A stretch of 52,597 nucleotides of DNA, taken from the NCBI GenBank assembly GCA_964349305.1, contig CAYGFS010000003.1, positions 1-52,597 on the forward strand. Reading direction: 5' to 3'. Made by a program: the position numbers and the translations under genes. The stretch is from an uncultured Pseudomonadales bacterium (lineage in GTDB: Bacteria > Patescibacteriota > Microgenomatia > UBA1400 > UBA12108). The notes under the pieces are model-generated. The model saw only the letters and a list, made by a program, of their open reading frames with translations. It was not told the DNA's origin and ran no database searches. Positions 17,765-29,457 of this stretch are shown in pieces (the first letter of the stretch is position 1; every line of letters starts with the position of its first letter).

Positions 17765-17790
17765 GTTACTATGTTTCGAAACATAGTAAC
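17765..17790. promoter_or_regulatory. perfect 26-bp palindrome, candidate operator
   Basis: GTTACTATGTTTC|GAAACATAGTAAC with no loop and no U-tract. It lies 9 nt upstream of the start at 17756. Confidence 0.4.
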
Positions 17791-17821
17791 AAGAAAAGTC
17801 TAGTCGGCTCGAACTATTGAA

Positions 17822-18274
17822 CTATTTGGAAAGTGAGAATCCCCAGGTTGAATCGGAGTAATTGGGTTCCGTGAGGAGCTGATTGATTTCTTTTTGGAGG
17901 CCAGCGATATCGGAATCTGTGAGATTTTGATACTCGTCTTTGTGGCCAGAAATAATGGGATCGCCGGCTTTTTGATATTTCGCGTTTACTGCCCGGCCGT
18001 AGAGATGGTAGTGTTGCTCATGGCGCCAGTTGCCGTTGTCCTGATAATTGACCCGAGCCAATTCGATCCCGATTGACATGTAGTAGCGTTTCATCGCTTC
18101 ACCTACCAAGATGGTTAGGCGCATGAGTTCTTTGGCTTGATCTGGAGTTAATTGTTGGCGGTCGACAATAGAGACCTTGGGATTGATGACGATGTGTCCC
18201 CCATCGAGCCTGTCTACCTCATTCCTTGGATGTGGCTCGACAATAAAATTTAGAGATTCAAAAATCACACTCAT
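17822..18274 (-). CDS. HIT-like (histidine triad) protein
   Basis: HEQHYHLYG is a His-triad-like motif. The ATG at 18274 is preferred over the TTG at 18280 because TAAAAT lies 6 nt upstream. Confidence 0.5.
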   Translation of the reverse strand: MSVIFESLNFIVEPHPRNEVDRLDGGHIVINPKVSIVDRQQLTPDQAKELMRLTILVGEAMKRYYMSIGIELARVNYQDNGNWRHEQHYHLYGRAVNAKYQKAGDPIISGHKDEYQNLTDSDIAGLQKEINQLLTEPNYSDSTWGFSLSK

Positions 18275-18340
18275 GGGCAAATTTTAACAGAATCAAGCGA
18301 ATCTAATGATAAATTGCATGAACTATTATTATAGGGTATC

Positions 18341-18676
18341 ATGTGGTGGATGAGCGAAGATGAATTTGGGTATTATATTTGGAGTCATGGATACAAGGTA
18401 GCTTTTTCGTCTGTGCCGCCAGAAATTTCTGCGACTACTTTTGATGTCAAAGGCGCAAGTGGCGATGTGTACAGTTTGATTAATGCACATTTTGAAGTTA
18501 TTGGGACTTTGCAGATAGCTCAAAACACTATTAACGTCTTATGTGAAGATCCTGCTCGTGATACAACTGCTTATTTTTATGAAGTTGGGGATGAAGCACA
18601 ATTATTGGGTGATGAGATAATGATTAGGTTATTAAAGCGTCCAATAGATGATGGCTATTCTTTGATAGACGATTAG
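18341..18676 (+). CDS. hypothetical acidic protein
   Basis: 111-aa ORF in an AT-rich stretch. No family recognised. Confidence 0.4.
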   Translation: MWWMSEDEFGYYIWSHGYKVAFSSVPPEISATTFDVKGASGDVYSLINAHFEVIGTLQIAQNTINVLCEDPARDTTAYFYEVGDEAQLLGDEIMIRLLKRPIDDGYSLIDD

Positions 18677-18685
18677 GAGAATGAC

Positions 18686-21451
18686 TCAGACTTCCTCTTC
18701 CTCGGCATCCTGTAGGGTAGTAACACTAGTGACGACGTCGCCGGCGGCGGGGCGCATAAGGATGACTCCCTGAGTGGAGCGGCCAAGAACCTTGATGTTT
18801 TTGAGCGGGAGTTTGATGACCTGGGCTTGTTTGGTGGTGATCACGACCTGTTCATCGTCCTCCGTCACCATGCGAACAGCGGCAATATCACCGGTGCGCT
18901 CAGACAGCTCAGCGACTTTGACCCCCTGCCCGCCTCGCTTTTGGTCAGGGTATTCGCCGACGTCGGTGCGCTTGCCCAGACCTTTTTCGGTGACTACCAA
19001 AATTTCGCGGAAGAATTTGCGGCGCTTGTCGTCGGGTTTAGGAGGGGTGATCTCGACTGTTTCCATCGCAATCACGGCATCATCCCCTTTGAGGGTCATA
19101 CCTTTGACACCCATGGTGTCGCGGCCGGTGGCGGTCACGTCAGTTTCTTTAAATTTGATCGATTTGCCGCCCTTGGTGACCAGGATCAAGTAGTTTTGGC
19201 CGTGGCTAATCTCGACTTTGATCAGCTGATCGTTATCGCGCAAAGCGATGCCGATCTTGCCGCTATTGCGGATGTTGGCGTATTCGGTGAGCGGGGTCTT
19301 TTTGATCATGCCATTGCGGGTGGCCATGGTAATAAAGTGACCCTTGTCATTGAGGAGATCTTTGGACAAGGTTAGGACTGCTTGGACCATTTCACCCTGC
19401 TGGATATCGAGGAGATTGATAATGGCTTGGCCTTTGGCGGTCCGACTGCCCTCGGGGAGCTCGAAAACGCGCATGCTATACACCTTGCCGGTATTGGTAA
19501 AGAAGAGCGCAAAATCGTGAGTATTGCCAACGGTCATGTGAAGGATCTCGTCGGTGTCTTTGGTGGTCATCCCCACTACCCCTTTGCCACCGCGGCGCTG
19601 GGTACGATAGGTTGAGAGCGGCATGCGCTTGACGTAACCGTCGCGAGTGATGGCTACCAAGTTGTCTTCGGCTGCCACCAGATCTTCTTCGCTAAACTCG
19701 CCGAGTTTACCTTTGATGACTTTGGTTTTGCGGGGATCGCCGTAGATGGCTTTAAGCTCGGCCAACTCTTTGACGATGGTAGACAGAATTGCCTTGGGAT
19801 CTTTGAGTAGTGCCAACAGTTCGTTGATGCGCACCATGAGGGCGTTGTATTCATCTTCGATCTTTTGGCGCTCGAGGGCACTGAGCCGGCGCAGCTGCAT
19901 ATCGAGGATGGCCACCGCTTGGATCTCACTAAAGCCAAACTTTTTGATTAAACTGGCTTTGGCGTCTTCGGTGTCTTTACTGGCACGGATCGTTTTAATG
20001 ACTTCGTCGAGGTGATCGAGGGCTATTTTTAATCCCTCCAAGATGTGGATGCGGGCGCGATTTTCTTTGAGTTCAAACTGGGAGCGGCGGACTATCACGG
20101 TTTGGCGGTGTTTGACGTAATGACTGAGGATGGTTTTGAGATTCATTAGGTGGGGGGTACCGACCTCATCAAGCGCCACCATGTTGGCGGGGAAACTATT
20201 CTGGAGCTCGGTGTGCTTGTAGAGATTGTTTAAGACGGATTTGGGTTTACTGGCTTTTTTGAGTTCGATCACGATGCGCATGCCTTCGCGGTCGGATTCG
20301 TCGCGGAGGTCAGAGATACCGTCGATTTTTTTGTCGCGAACCAGGTCGGCAATTTTTTGGATCAATTTGGCTTTGTTGACTTGATAAGGGATCTCGGTCA
20401 CCACTATTTGGAATTTCCCCGACTTGGTCTCTTCGATCTCGGCCACGGCGCGGGTGACTACTCTCCCCTTGCCCGTAGCATAAACTTCGCGGATAGCGAC
20501 GGCGTCGTAGATCACGCCCCCCGTGGGGAAATCGGGTCCCTGGACGTGCTCGAGGAGATCGTCTACAGTGGCTGCTGAGGTGAATTCTCCGGTTAGTTCT
20601 CCATATGGCCTAATCTCAATATCTTTGTCATCCGTGATTTCTTTGGCGCGAGGCGAGGTACCCATAGAGATGAGTTTGGTGGTGGCGTCGATGATTTCGC
20701 CAATATTGTGGGTGGGGATCTTGGTGGCCATACCGACTGCAATTCCGTCTGATCCCATGAGGAGGAGGTTGGGGAGACGGGCGGGCATGACGGTGGGCTC
20801 CTGGAAAGTGCCGTCAAAGTTGTCGATCCAGTCGACTGTGTCTTTGTCTAGATCAGCGAGGATTTCTCCCGTGATCTTGGCTAGTCTAGCCTCGGTGTAA
20901 CGCATGGCGGCAGGAGAATCTCCGTCAACCGAACCAAAGTTGCCTTGGCCGTCTACGAGCATGTAGCGCATGGAGAAATCTTGGGCGAGACGAGCTAGGG
21001 CGTCGTAGACTGCAGTGTCACCGTGGGGGTGGTACTTACCCAGTACTTCTCCCACAATGCGGGCGCATTTTTTGTATTTGGCTGGAGGTAAAAGAGCGAG
21101 CTCTTTCATGCCAAAAAGAATGCGGCGGTGAACAGGCTTTAAACCGTCGCGGGCATCGGGGAGCGCACGGGAGACGATGACGGACATGGCGTAGTCGAGG
21201 TAGGACTTTTTCATTTCATCGACCACTCCGACGGTCGCGATCTTGCCAAACTTGGTTTCTTCGATATCCCAGGGCTTTTGGGCACCCACAGTGAGGAAGG
21301 AGGTGCGGTCGGCAACAGGCTGCAAAGGTTCCGTTTGAGATTCAAGTTCGGAACTATCCTTCACTTCGTTGCGGACCGCTGGAAGTTCCGAACTTTCCAC
21401 CTTCGTTTCTTCATCAAGGTCCAATGGTTTCAAAATGCTCTCGTCAGCCAT
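18686..21451 (-). CDS. gyrA: DNA gyrase subunit A (with about 70-aa N-terminal extension)
   Basis: [28 protein letters not shown], the active-site segment [10 protein letters not shown], and C-terminal beta-pinwheel repeats. Confidence 0.97.
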   Translation of the reverse strand: MADESILKPLDLDEETKVESSELPAVRNEVKDSSELESQTEPLQPVADRTSFLTVGAQKPWDIEETKFGKIATVGVVDEMKKSYLDYAMSVIVSRALPDARDGLKPVHRRILFGMKELALLPPAKYKKCARIVGEVLGKYHPHGDTAVYDALARLAQDFSMRYMLVDGQGNFGSVDGDSPAAMRYTEARLAKITGEILADLDKDTVDWIDNFDGTFQEPTVMPARLPNLLLMGSDGIAVGMATKIPTHNIGEIIDATTKLISMGTSPRAKEITDDKDIEIRPYGELTGEFTSAATVDDLLEHVQGPDFPTGGVIYDAVAIREVYATGKGRVVTRAVAEIEETKSGKFQIVVTEIPYQVNKAKLIQKIADLVRDKKIDGISDLRDESDREGMRIVIELKKASKPKSVLNNLYKHTELQNSFPANMVALDEVGTPHLMNLKTILSHYVKHRQTVIVRRSQFELKENRARIHILEGLKIALDHLDEVIKTIRASKDTEDAKASLIKKFGFSEIQAVAILDMQLRRLSALERQKIEDEYNALMVRINELLALLKDPKAILSTIVKELAELKAIYGDPRKTKVIKGKLGEFSEEDLVAAEDNLVAITRDGYVKRMPLSTYRTQRRGGKGVVGMTTKDTDEILHMTVGNTHDFALFFTNTGKVYSMRVFELPEGSRTAKGQAIINLLDIQQGEMVQAVLTLSKDLLNDKGHFITMATRNGMIKKTPLTEYANIRNSGKIGIALRDNDQLIKVEISHGQNYLILVTKGGKSIKFKETDVTATGRDTMGVKGMTLKGDDAVIAMETVEITPPKPDDKRRKFFREILVVTEKGLGKRTDVGEYPDQKRGGQGVKVAELSERTGDIAAVRMVTEDDEQVVITTKQAQVIKLPLKNIKVLGRSTQGVILMRPAAGDVVTSVTTLQDAEEEEV
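21321..21396. repeat. three degenerate REP-core copies inside the gyrA 5' extension
   Basis: TGCAAAGGTTCCG at 21321..21333, CAAGTTCGGAACT at 21343..21355, and GAAGTTCCGAACTTT at 21382..21396. Confidence 0.6.
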
Positions 21452-21949
21452 TTATTTCTGTCCTCTTTTCATATCGGCCTCTAATACTTTAGCTGCCTCG
21501 GCAGCACCCAGGAAGGCACCGGTTTTGACAAATTTACCAGGTTCGAGATCTTTATAATGATCAAAGAAGTGCTTGATTTTGTCTTTGGTGTGATCAGGTA
21601 CATCGGTAATATCATTCCATCTGCCAAAGAGCGGATCTACCTTTTGGATCGGGACGGCGATGAGTTTGGTGTCGACGCCTTCTTCGTCGGTCATCTCGAG
21701 CATGCCAATAAGCTTGGCTTTGATACCGACACCAGGAATAATAGCCTCTGAGGCGAGCAATATAATATCGGTCGGGTCGCCGTCCTCCCCTATTGAGTCT
21801 AAGACAAAGCCGTAGTTAGCGGGATAACCCATGGGTGTGTGGAGGATGCGGTCAGCCATAAGCATACCAGTTTTCTCATCCCGCTCGTACTTAACTTTCC
21901 CGTCTTCGGGAATCTCAATATAGACTTTGATTGTCATTGCATCTGCCAT
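21452..21949 (-). CDS. ppa: inorganic pyrophosphatase (family I)
   Basis: 165 aa with ..YERDEKTG..NYGF..GEDGDPTD.. motifs. Its stop abuts the gyrA start. Confidence 0.93.
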   Translation of the reverse strand: MADAMTIKVYIEIPEDGKVKYERDEKTGMLMADRILHTPMGYPANYGFVLDSIGEDGDPTDIILLASEAIIPGVGIKAKLIGMLEMTDEEGVDTKLIAVPIQKVDPLFGRWNDITDVPDHTKDKIKHFFDHYKDLEPGKFVKTGAFLGAAEAAKVLEADMKRGQK

Positions 21950-21960
21950 AGAGCCTCCTT

Positions 21961-23934
<1,974 letters not shown>

Positions 23935-23974
23935 CTATAGCACAAACGATTGTAGCAGGCTAAAACTAGCTAGT

Positions 23975-24625
23975 CTACTTGATAGATCTGGTGTGAGGTA
24001 GTAAGAGATAGAAGTTTTGGGTGGCGAGAGAGACGGAGCAATTGCTGGCGAGCTGTAAATGAAAATTTTGGGCTAAACGAGCAATTTTGGCCAGCGTGGC
24101 GGCGGTTTTGGCGGTGATTTGACGGTCCTGGAGATGAGCTGACAAAGCCGATTCTATCTCCCCTATCCATGAAAGCGACTCAGCTCGGTCCCGTTTGACG
24201 ATGTTGGCAAAGCGATCTCCGGGAGTAAGTGCCATCACCCTTTTGAGTTCTGTCAAAACTGTCGTATTGGTGACGGCGCTGGGTTCGCTAATGATAACGA
24301 TGGTGCAGCGAGAGCGAATGGTGGGGAGGAGAGAAGTGGCAGCCGTACAAGTCAAATAAAAAGTTGTGTCTACCGGTGGTTCTTCCAGCATTTTTAGCAG
24401 CGCATTTTGGGCGGGAGGGGTCAGCAAATTGGCTTCTTCGATCCACACGATTCTTTTGAGGCGGGGGGAGATGCTCAGGGGGATCCACAAATCTTTGACT
24501 TGTTTGATGGTGAGGGTGCTTTTTTCCGCCGTCAAGTGGATCAGCTCGGTTTGAGCACTAGCGATCTTAACAACGTATGTTTGGCGTGAATTTGAGTCGC
24601 CGCCTGCGAGGATGTAAGAGTTCAT
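23975..24625 (-). CDS. holB: DNA polymerase III delta-prime-like clamp-loader subunit
   Basis: 216 aa. NALLKMLEEPP and SRC (TIRSRC) motifs. Confidence 0.7.
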   Translation of the reverse strand: MNSYILAGGDSNSRQTYVVKIASAQTELIHLTAEKSTLTIKQVKDLWIPLSISPRLKRIVWIEEANLLTPPAQNALLKMLEEPPVDTTFYLTCTAATSLLPTIRSRCTIVIISEPSAVTNTTVLTELKRVMALTPGDRFANIVKRDRAESLSWIGEIESALSAHLQDRQITAKTAATLAKIARLAQNFHLQLASNCSVSLATQNFYLLLPHTRSIK

Positions 24626-24652
24626 GCGTTGATTTTATACCATAATAAGAAT

Positions 24653-24675
24653 TTACAAGGTTCGGAACTTTGTAA
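24653..24675. repeat. REP-like palindrome copy A (immediately 3' of the RAYT stop)
   Basis: TTACAAGGTTCGGAACTTTGTAA. 11-bp stem with one G-T mismatch. Confidence 0.9.
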
Positions 24676-25353
24676 TTACTGATCTTCGTTGACGTCGAGT
24701 GTTATTTTTTCAATATTGCCAACGTCCCCTCCATCTTCGACAAAACCTTTATATTCCTGAGGCGGATTTTTGCGGTACCTTCCTAGTAAAGTAGCCTTAT
24801 CGATCCAAGGAGTATCAATATCGTTAATATAGTTGTAATAAGACGAGTATTTATACTCAGATAATTTACAAGGTTCGGAACTTTGTAAATGCAGCGGATT
24901 TCTGTGAATATACTTCGAGAGGTAGAACCATTGATATTCGTTAGTTACGAGTACGTTTTTGTATTTTCCTTGGAAAATAGTGCCTGAGTGATGGTGTCTA
25001 TCGTTGAAATACATGGAGTATCCAATGCTCACTCTTCTCATGAGATCCGAAATGGTTAAGGTGTTGTTCTCTTGTTTAATCATGAAATGAAAATGATTTG
25101 GCATGAGGCAGTATGCCAGGAGAGAACAGCTGCGAGGTTCGACTGCAAGGTTCGGAACTTTGTAATCCTTGGGTTTTCGACTGAGAGTGCTTTGAGCGAT
25201 CCCCCGGGGATGGAGCAAATAGTAGCTTAGAATTTCTGTAAAAACTTGATAGTCTTCGGCATCCAGGAAGAGCTTTTGCTGGTGAGCCCCCCTGTTGTAG
25301 ATGTGATAATAACAACCTGGTACAAATATGCGCTGGTAATAAATACTGGGCAT
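24676..25353 (-). CDS. REP-associated tyrosine transposase (RAYT; IS200-like Y1/HUH family)
   Basis: YHIYNRG, HUH motif in AYCLMPNHFHFMI, QGKYK, and the SKYIHRNP tyrosine motif. 225 aa with no tnpB partner. Confidence 0.85.
   Translation of the reverse strand: MPSIYYQRIFVPGCYYHIYNRGAHQQKLFLDAEDYQVFTEILSYYLLHPRGIAQSTLSRKPKDYKVPNLAVEPRSCSLLAYCLMPNHFHFMIKQENNTLTISDLMRRVSIGYSMYFNDRHHHSGTIFQGKYKNVLVTNEYQWFYLSKYIHRNPLHLQSSEPCKLSEYKYSSYYNYINDIDTPWIDKATLLGRYRKNPPQEYKGFVEDGGDVGNIEKITLDVNEDQ
24866..24888. repeat. REP-like palindrome copy B (inside RAYT CDS, translated ..LQSSEPC..)
   Basis: Identical 23-mer TTACAAGGTTCGGAACTTTGTAA. Confidence 0.9.
25144..25165. repeat. REP-like palindrome copy C (inside RAYT CDS, translated ..YKVPNLA..)
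   Basis: TGCAAGGTTCGGAACTTTGTAA. The 20-nt core is identical. It is preceded by a partial duplication, GAGGTTCGAC. Confidence 0.9.
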
Positions 25354-25363
25354 GGATTCATTA

Positions 25364-25386
25364 TTACAAGGTTCGGAACTTTGTAA
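25364..25386. repeat. REP-like palindrome copy D (10 nt 5' of the RAYT start, in the RAYT/pilB divergent region)
   Basis: Identical 23-mer. Confidence 0.9.
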
Positions 25387-25430
25387 AGTGTCCTCTACAA
25401 ATGACAGTGCATTTAATGTACTATGAATGT

Positions 25431-27146
25431 ATGCAGGATCTTGCCCTCATCCTCAAAAAGGATGGTCTGTTGTCTGACGCCGATTTTTCGCGCCTGGAAC
25501 AGGAAAGTTATACCACTGGTAAAAGTTTGGATGAAATAGTGGAACAGTCGGGGGTGGTAGATACCCTGGGGATGACCAAGGCCAAGGCCAAACTTTATAA
25601 CGTGCCGTTTGTGTCGCTAGAGGAACTGGCCTCGGCCCCTGAAGCTCTCGCCAAATTCCCGGAGTCGGTGGCGGAGCATTACCAAGCCCTCCCCTTCGAG
25701 TTTGACACGAAAGCCAATCTCCTCTCGGTAGCGATGGCCAACCCGCTCGATTTGCAGGCAGTGGCATTCCTAGAGGCCAAATCCGGGACTAAAGTCAAAC
25801 CATTTATGGCACTAGCCGAAGAGCTAGTTGAGGAGATCCCCAAACGCTTTTCTCAGGGTTTGTCGGCCGAAGTATCGCAAGTGCTTAAAGAATCGGTGGA
25901 TTCGGAAGTTAACCGCAAAGTGTTTGACGTGCAAAAAATCGGTGACGTGATCCGCGAGGCACCGATTGCCAAAATCGTGGCGACGGTCCTCGAATTTGCG
26001 GTCAAAGCGCGGGCTTCGGATGTACACATTGAGCCATTGGAGAGTCATACCCGGGTGCGTTACCGGATCGACGGCATCCTTCAAGAAAAGCTGGTGTTGC
26101 CGCGCAAAGTGCACGAAGCGGTGGTGTCGCGTATCAAAATATTGGCGGAGCTCAAGATAGATGAGCGACGCTTGCCCCAGGATGGGCGTTTTAGTTTCCG
26201 CGCGGAGGACCAAGAGGTAGATTTGCGCGTCTCATCACTGCCCACGGTGGACGGCGAAAAAATCGTGATGCGGCTACTGCGTAAAACCTCGAACGTGCCT
26301 TCCTTGGGGGATTTAGGACTCCGTGGAATGGCGCTGAAAATTATTGAAGAATCGATCAAAGTTCCCCACGGCATTGTGCTGATTACCGGCCCGACTGGGT
26401 CAGGGAAAACGACCACGCTTTACTCGGTCCTGCATATCCTCAATACCTCGCGGGTGAATATTGTGACCCTAGAGGATCCCGTGGAGTACCAAATAGACGG
26501 TGTCAACCAAGTGCAAATTAATGTGAAAGCGGGGCTGACGTTTGCAACCGGACTGCGGTCTTTTTTACGGCAAGATCCCAACGTAATCATGGTGGGAGAA
26601 ATCCGAGACAATGAGACGGCCGACTTGGCGATCCAGGCCTCGCTCACTGGTCACTTGGTTTTTTCCACTCTCCACACCAACTCTAGTTCTGGTGCCCTAC
26701 CCCGGTTGCTGGATATGAAAGCCGAGCCATTCCTGCTGGCCTCATCGATGACTTGTGTGGTGGCTCAGCGCGTGTTGCGGAAAGTGTGCGATAACTGCAG
26801 TGAAAAATACGCTCCACCCGCGCAGGCCATCGAAGAAATCAAAAAAGTGCTCGGACCCCTGTACGATTCGTATGTGAGCCAGCTGAGCGGTAAACCTGTC
26901 ATGCTGACGCGGGGACGCAAATGCGAAAAATGTGGAGACACAGGATATCGCGGACGGATTGCCATTTTTGAGGTTTTGAAAATTACCGAAAAAATAGGTA
27001 AGCTGATCTTAGAGCGCGCGCCGGCGATCCAAATAGAACAGGCGTCGGTGGCTGATGGGATGGTGCTCATGGAACAAGATGGGTATTTAAAAGTCTTAGA
27101 AGGTGTGACAACATTAGAAGAAGTGATGCGGGTAGCAAAAACATAA
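25431..27146 (+). CDS. pilB: type IV pilus assembly ATPase PilB (GspE family)
   Basis: N-terminal MshEN/T2SSE_N-like domain, Walker A GPTGSGKTTT, a Cys tetrad (CDNC..CEKC). The ATG at 25431 is preferred (TACTAT 6 nt upstream); the alternative is 25401. Confidence 0.93.
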   Translation: MQDLALILKKDGLLSDADFSRLEQESYTTGKSLDEIVEQSGVVDTLGMTKAKAKLYNVPFVSLEELASAPEALAKFPESVAEHYQALPFEFDTKANLLSVAMANPLDLQAVAFLEAKSGTKVKPFMALAEELVEEIPKRFSQGLSAEVSQVLKESVDSEVNRKVFDVQKIGDVIREAPIAKIVATVLEFAVKARASDVHIEPLESHTRVRYRIDGILQEKLVLPRKVHEAVVSRIKILAELKIDERRLPQDGRFSFRAEDQEVDLRVSSLPTVDGEKIVMRLLRKTSNVPSLGDLGLRGMALKIIEESIKVPHGIVLITGPTGSGKTTTLYSVLHILNTSRVNIVTLEDPVEYQIDGVNQVQINVKAGLTFATGLRSFLRQDPNVIMVGEIRDNETADLAIQASLTGHLVFSTLHTNSSSGALPRLLDMKAEPFLLASSMTCVVAQRVLRKVCDNCSEKYAPPAQAIEEIKKVLGPLYDSYVSQLSGKPVMLTRGRKCEKCGDTGYRGRIAIFEVLKITEKIGKLILERAPAIQIEQASVADGMVLMEQDGYLKVLEGVTTLEEVMRVAKT

Positions 27147-27154
27147 GGAGATCT

Positions 27155-28216
27155 ATGGATATTAAACAGATTTTGGATATGTGTGTGCAATATCAGGCTT
27201 CAGACGTCCATATTATGGTGGGTGTACCACCAATGCTACGCTTACATGGCAAACTGCTGACAGTGCCCGAAACTACGGCGATTACTCCCGCTCAAGTTGA
27301 AGGGATGATTGCGCCACTCCTCAACGAACAGCAGCGCGAACTGATCAAAGTTGATCGTGAGCTGGACTTTTCATATATGCTACCCGGTGGCGCTCGGTTC
27401 CGAGCCAATGTTTATTATGAAAAAGGCAATATGGCGGCAGCGCTGCGCTATATTCCGGCCGAAGTGCGTACCCTCGAAGACCTCCACTTGCCGCCGATCA
27501 TCGGTAAATTGACAGAATTAAAGCAGGGATTGGTACTGGTGACTGGTCCCACGGGCCATGGTAAATCGACGACGTTGGCAGCCATGATAAAACGGATCAA
27601 TCAGGAGCGCAGTGAGCATATCGTGACGATTGAGGATCCGGTGGAGTACGTCCATACCCCGGCAATGAGTATTGTCTCTCAGCGGGAGCTGCACTCTGAT
27701 ACTCACTCATGGAGTGTGGCCCTCAAATCGGTGCTGCGCGAAGATCCAAATGTGGTGTTGATTGGTGAGATGCGGGATTACGAAACCATTGAAGCTGCCC
27801 TCACCATTGCCGAGACAGGACACTTGGTCTTGGCTACCCTCCATACCAATTCGGCAGCCCAAACGATTGACCGTATTGTGGATGTTTTTCCCGAAAAAGA
27901 ACAGCAACAAATAAGGGGACAACTATCCTTGTCCCTAGAAGCCGTGATTGCCCAGCGACTCATTCCATCGTCAGACGGAGCCCGCACAGCGATTGCCGAG
28001 ATTTTGATTGCTAGCTCAGCAGTGCGATCGCTCATTCGAGATGGTAAGACTCATATGCTGACCAATGTGATGCAAACCTCGACCGATATAGGAATGATGA
28101 CACTCGATACGGCTTTAGCGGAGGCATATAAGGCTGGAAAGATTAGCTTGGTCACAGCCAGAGAATATGCCCTAAATACTGAAGAACTTAATAGACTGGT
28201 GGGGAATAAGAGCTAA
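27155..28216 (+). CDS. pilT: twitching-motility retraction ATPase PilT
   Basis: 353 aa. ASDVHI, Walker A GPTGHGKSTT, TIEDPVEY, and GHLVLATLHTN. The SD AAGGAG lies at 27145..27150. Confidence 0.92.
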   Translation: MDIKQILDMCVQYQASDVHIMVGVPPMLRLHGKLLTVPETTAITPAQVEGMIAPLLNEQQRELIKVDRELDFSYMLPGGARFRANVYYEKGNMAAALRYIPAEVRTLEDLHLPPIIGKLTELKQGLVLVTGPTGHGKSTTLAAMIKRINQERSEHIVTIEDPVEYVHTPAMSIVSQRELHSDTHSWSVALKSVLREDPNVVLIGEMRDYETIEAALTIAETGHLVLATLHTNSAAQTIDRIVDVFPEKEQQQIRGQLSLSLEAVIAQRLIPSSDGARTAIAEILIASSAVRSLIRDGKTHMLTNVMQTSTDIGMMTLDTALAEAYKAGKISLVTAREYALNTEELNRLVGNKS

Positions 28217-28217
28217 T

Positions 28218-29414
28218 ATGCAGCGGTTTAGATTTAAAACGAGAACAAATGAAGGAGTGTTACGCAAAGGAGTGGTCGAGGCACAAAGTGAGCAGTCGGC
28301 CGTGCAGGTATTGCGAGACCAAAAAATGATTATCATCGAACTCCACGAGATAGGTAATACCAAATCGATGTTCTCGATGGGTCAAAAAGTCAAGTTTGAT
28401 GACGTGGTGAACTTTACTCGTCAGCTTTCCACCATGATCGGGGCGGGACTGCCTCTCACTGATGCTCTCTCGATCCTCCAGGTCCAGGTGCCGCCTGCCC
28501 TGCAAAACAAAGTGGCCGATGTACTGCGCAGTATCGAGGGAGGATCGACATTTGCAAATGCCCTAAAACATCACCCAGAAACTTTCTCGCGGGTATATAT
28601 AGCCCTGGTGAGCGCGGGTGAGGCGGCGGGTGTACTGGATACGATTTTGATCCGTTTGGCGGATACGCTCGAGAAACAACGTGAATTTCGGGAGAAAACA
28701 AAGGGGGCGATGATTTATCCGGTCATTGTGGTGATAGGAATGCTGCTGGTTGCGTCGGTGATGATGATTTTTGTGCTACCGAAGCTGACGGTAATGTACA
28801 AAGACTTTGATGTTGAGCTCCCCTTTGTGACCAAAGTTTTGATTAATACATCAACATTTATGAGCAAGTTTTGGTACATCATGGCAGTCTTTATTTTTAT
28901 CGGGGTTTACGCCTTTAAGCAATGGAAAAAAACAAAAATGGGATCTTTTCAGTTTGATGCGCTGGTGCTCAAACTGCCAATTTTTGGCAAGATCAAGTCG
29001 ATGGTGCTAATGGCAGAGTTTAGCCGGACACTCGCTTTGCTCGCATCGGCCGGCGTATCGCTGGTGGAAGCGCTAAACATTGTCCAAGAAGTGGCGGATA
29101 GTGAAGTGATGAGGAAGGCTCTGGGGGAAGTAGCCAAGGATGTGGAGAAAGGTAATTCATTGGCGACTTCGCTGGCCAAACATACCGTCTTCCCGATGAT
29201 AGTGTCACAAATGACGTCCGTGGGTGAACAGACGGGTAAACTAGATGAGATCTTGAACCGAGTAGCTGGATATTTTGAAAACGAGTCAGAGCACGCGATT
29301 AAAAACCTCTCCACCGCCATGGAGCCGATTATTATGGTGATCCTGGGGGCTGGGGTCGGGTTCTTGATTGTGGCGATCATCGTACCCATCTACAACTTGA
29401 CGAGTGCCTTTTAA
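28218..29414 (+). CDS. pilC: type IV pilus platform protein PilC (GspF family)
   Basis: 398 aa. Two GspF repeats (FTRQLSTMIGAGLPL.., FSRTLALLASAGVSL..) and three TM segments. Confidence 0.92.
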   Translation: MQRFRFKTRTNEGVLRKGVVEAQSEQSAVQVLRDQKMIIIELHEIGNTKSMFSMGQKVKFDDVVNFTRQLSTMIGAGLPLTDALSILQVQVPPALQNKVADVLRSIEGGSTFANALKHHPETFSRVYIALVSAGEAAGVLDTILIRLADTLEKQREFREKTKGAMIYPVIVVIGMLLVASVMMIFVLPKLTVMYKDFDVELPFVTKVLINTSTFMSKFWYIMAVFIFIGVYAFKQWKKTKMGSFQFDALVLKLPIFGKIKSMVLMAEFSRTLALLASAGVSLVEALNIVQEVADSEVMRKALGEVAKDVEKGNSLATSLAKHTVFPMIVSQMTSVGEQTGKLDEILNRVAGYFENESEHAIKNLSTAMEPIIMVILGAGVGFLIVAIIVPIYNLTSAF

Positions 29415-29457
29415 TATGATGTTATAGAGCTAGATACTATACGTTCAAAGGAGATCT

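Larger units (their letters stand above)
24653..25386 (-). mobile_element. RAYT gene plus four REP-like hairpins (REP/RAYT unit)
   Basis: See the CDS and repeat entries that follow. Hairpins sit at both gene ends and twice inside the CDS. Confidence 0.6.

Noticed and set aside
24653-25386. Four evenly spaced identical repeats as a CRISPR array or a DNA-uptake sequence
   Set aside because: The spacing (213-277 nt) is far larger than CRISPR spacers, the repeats lie inside an intact CDS, and no cas genes are present. A DNA-uptake-sequence explanation is less likely than REP/RAYT, because the copies cluster on and around a Y1 transposase gene and the element is a long hairpin.
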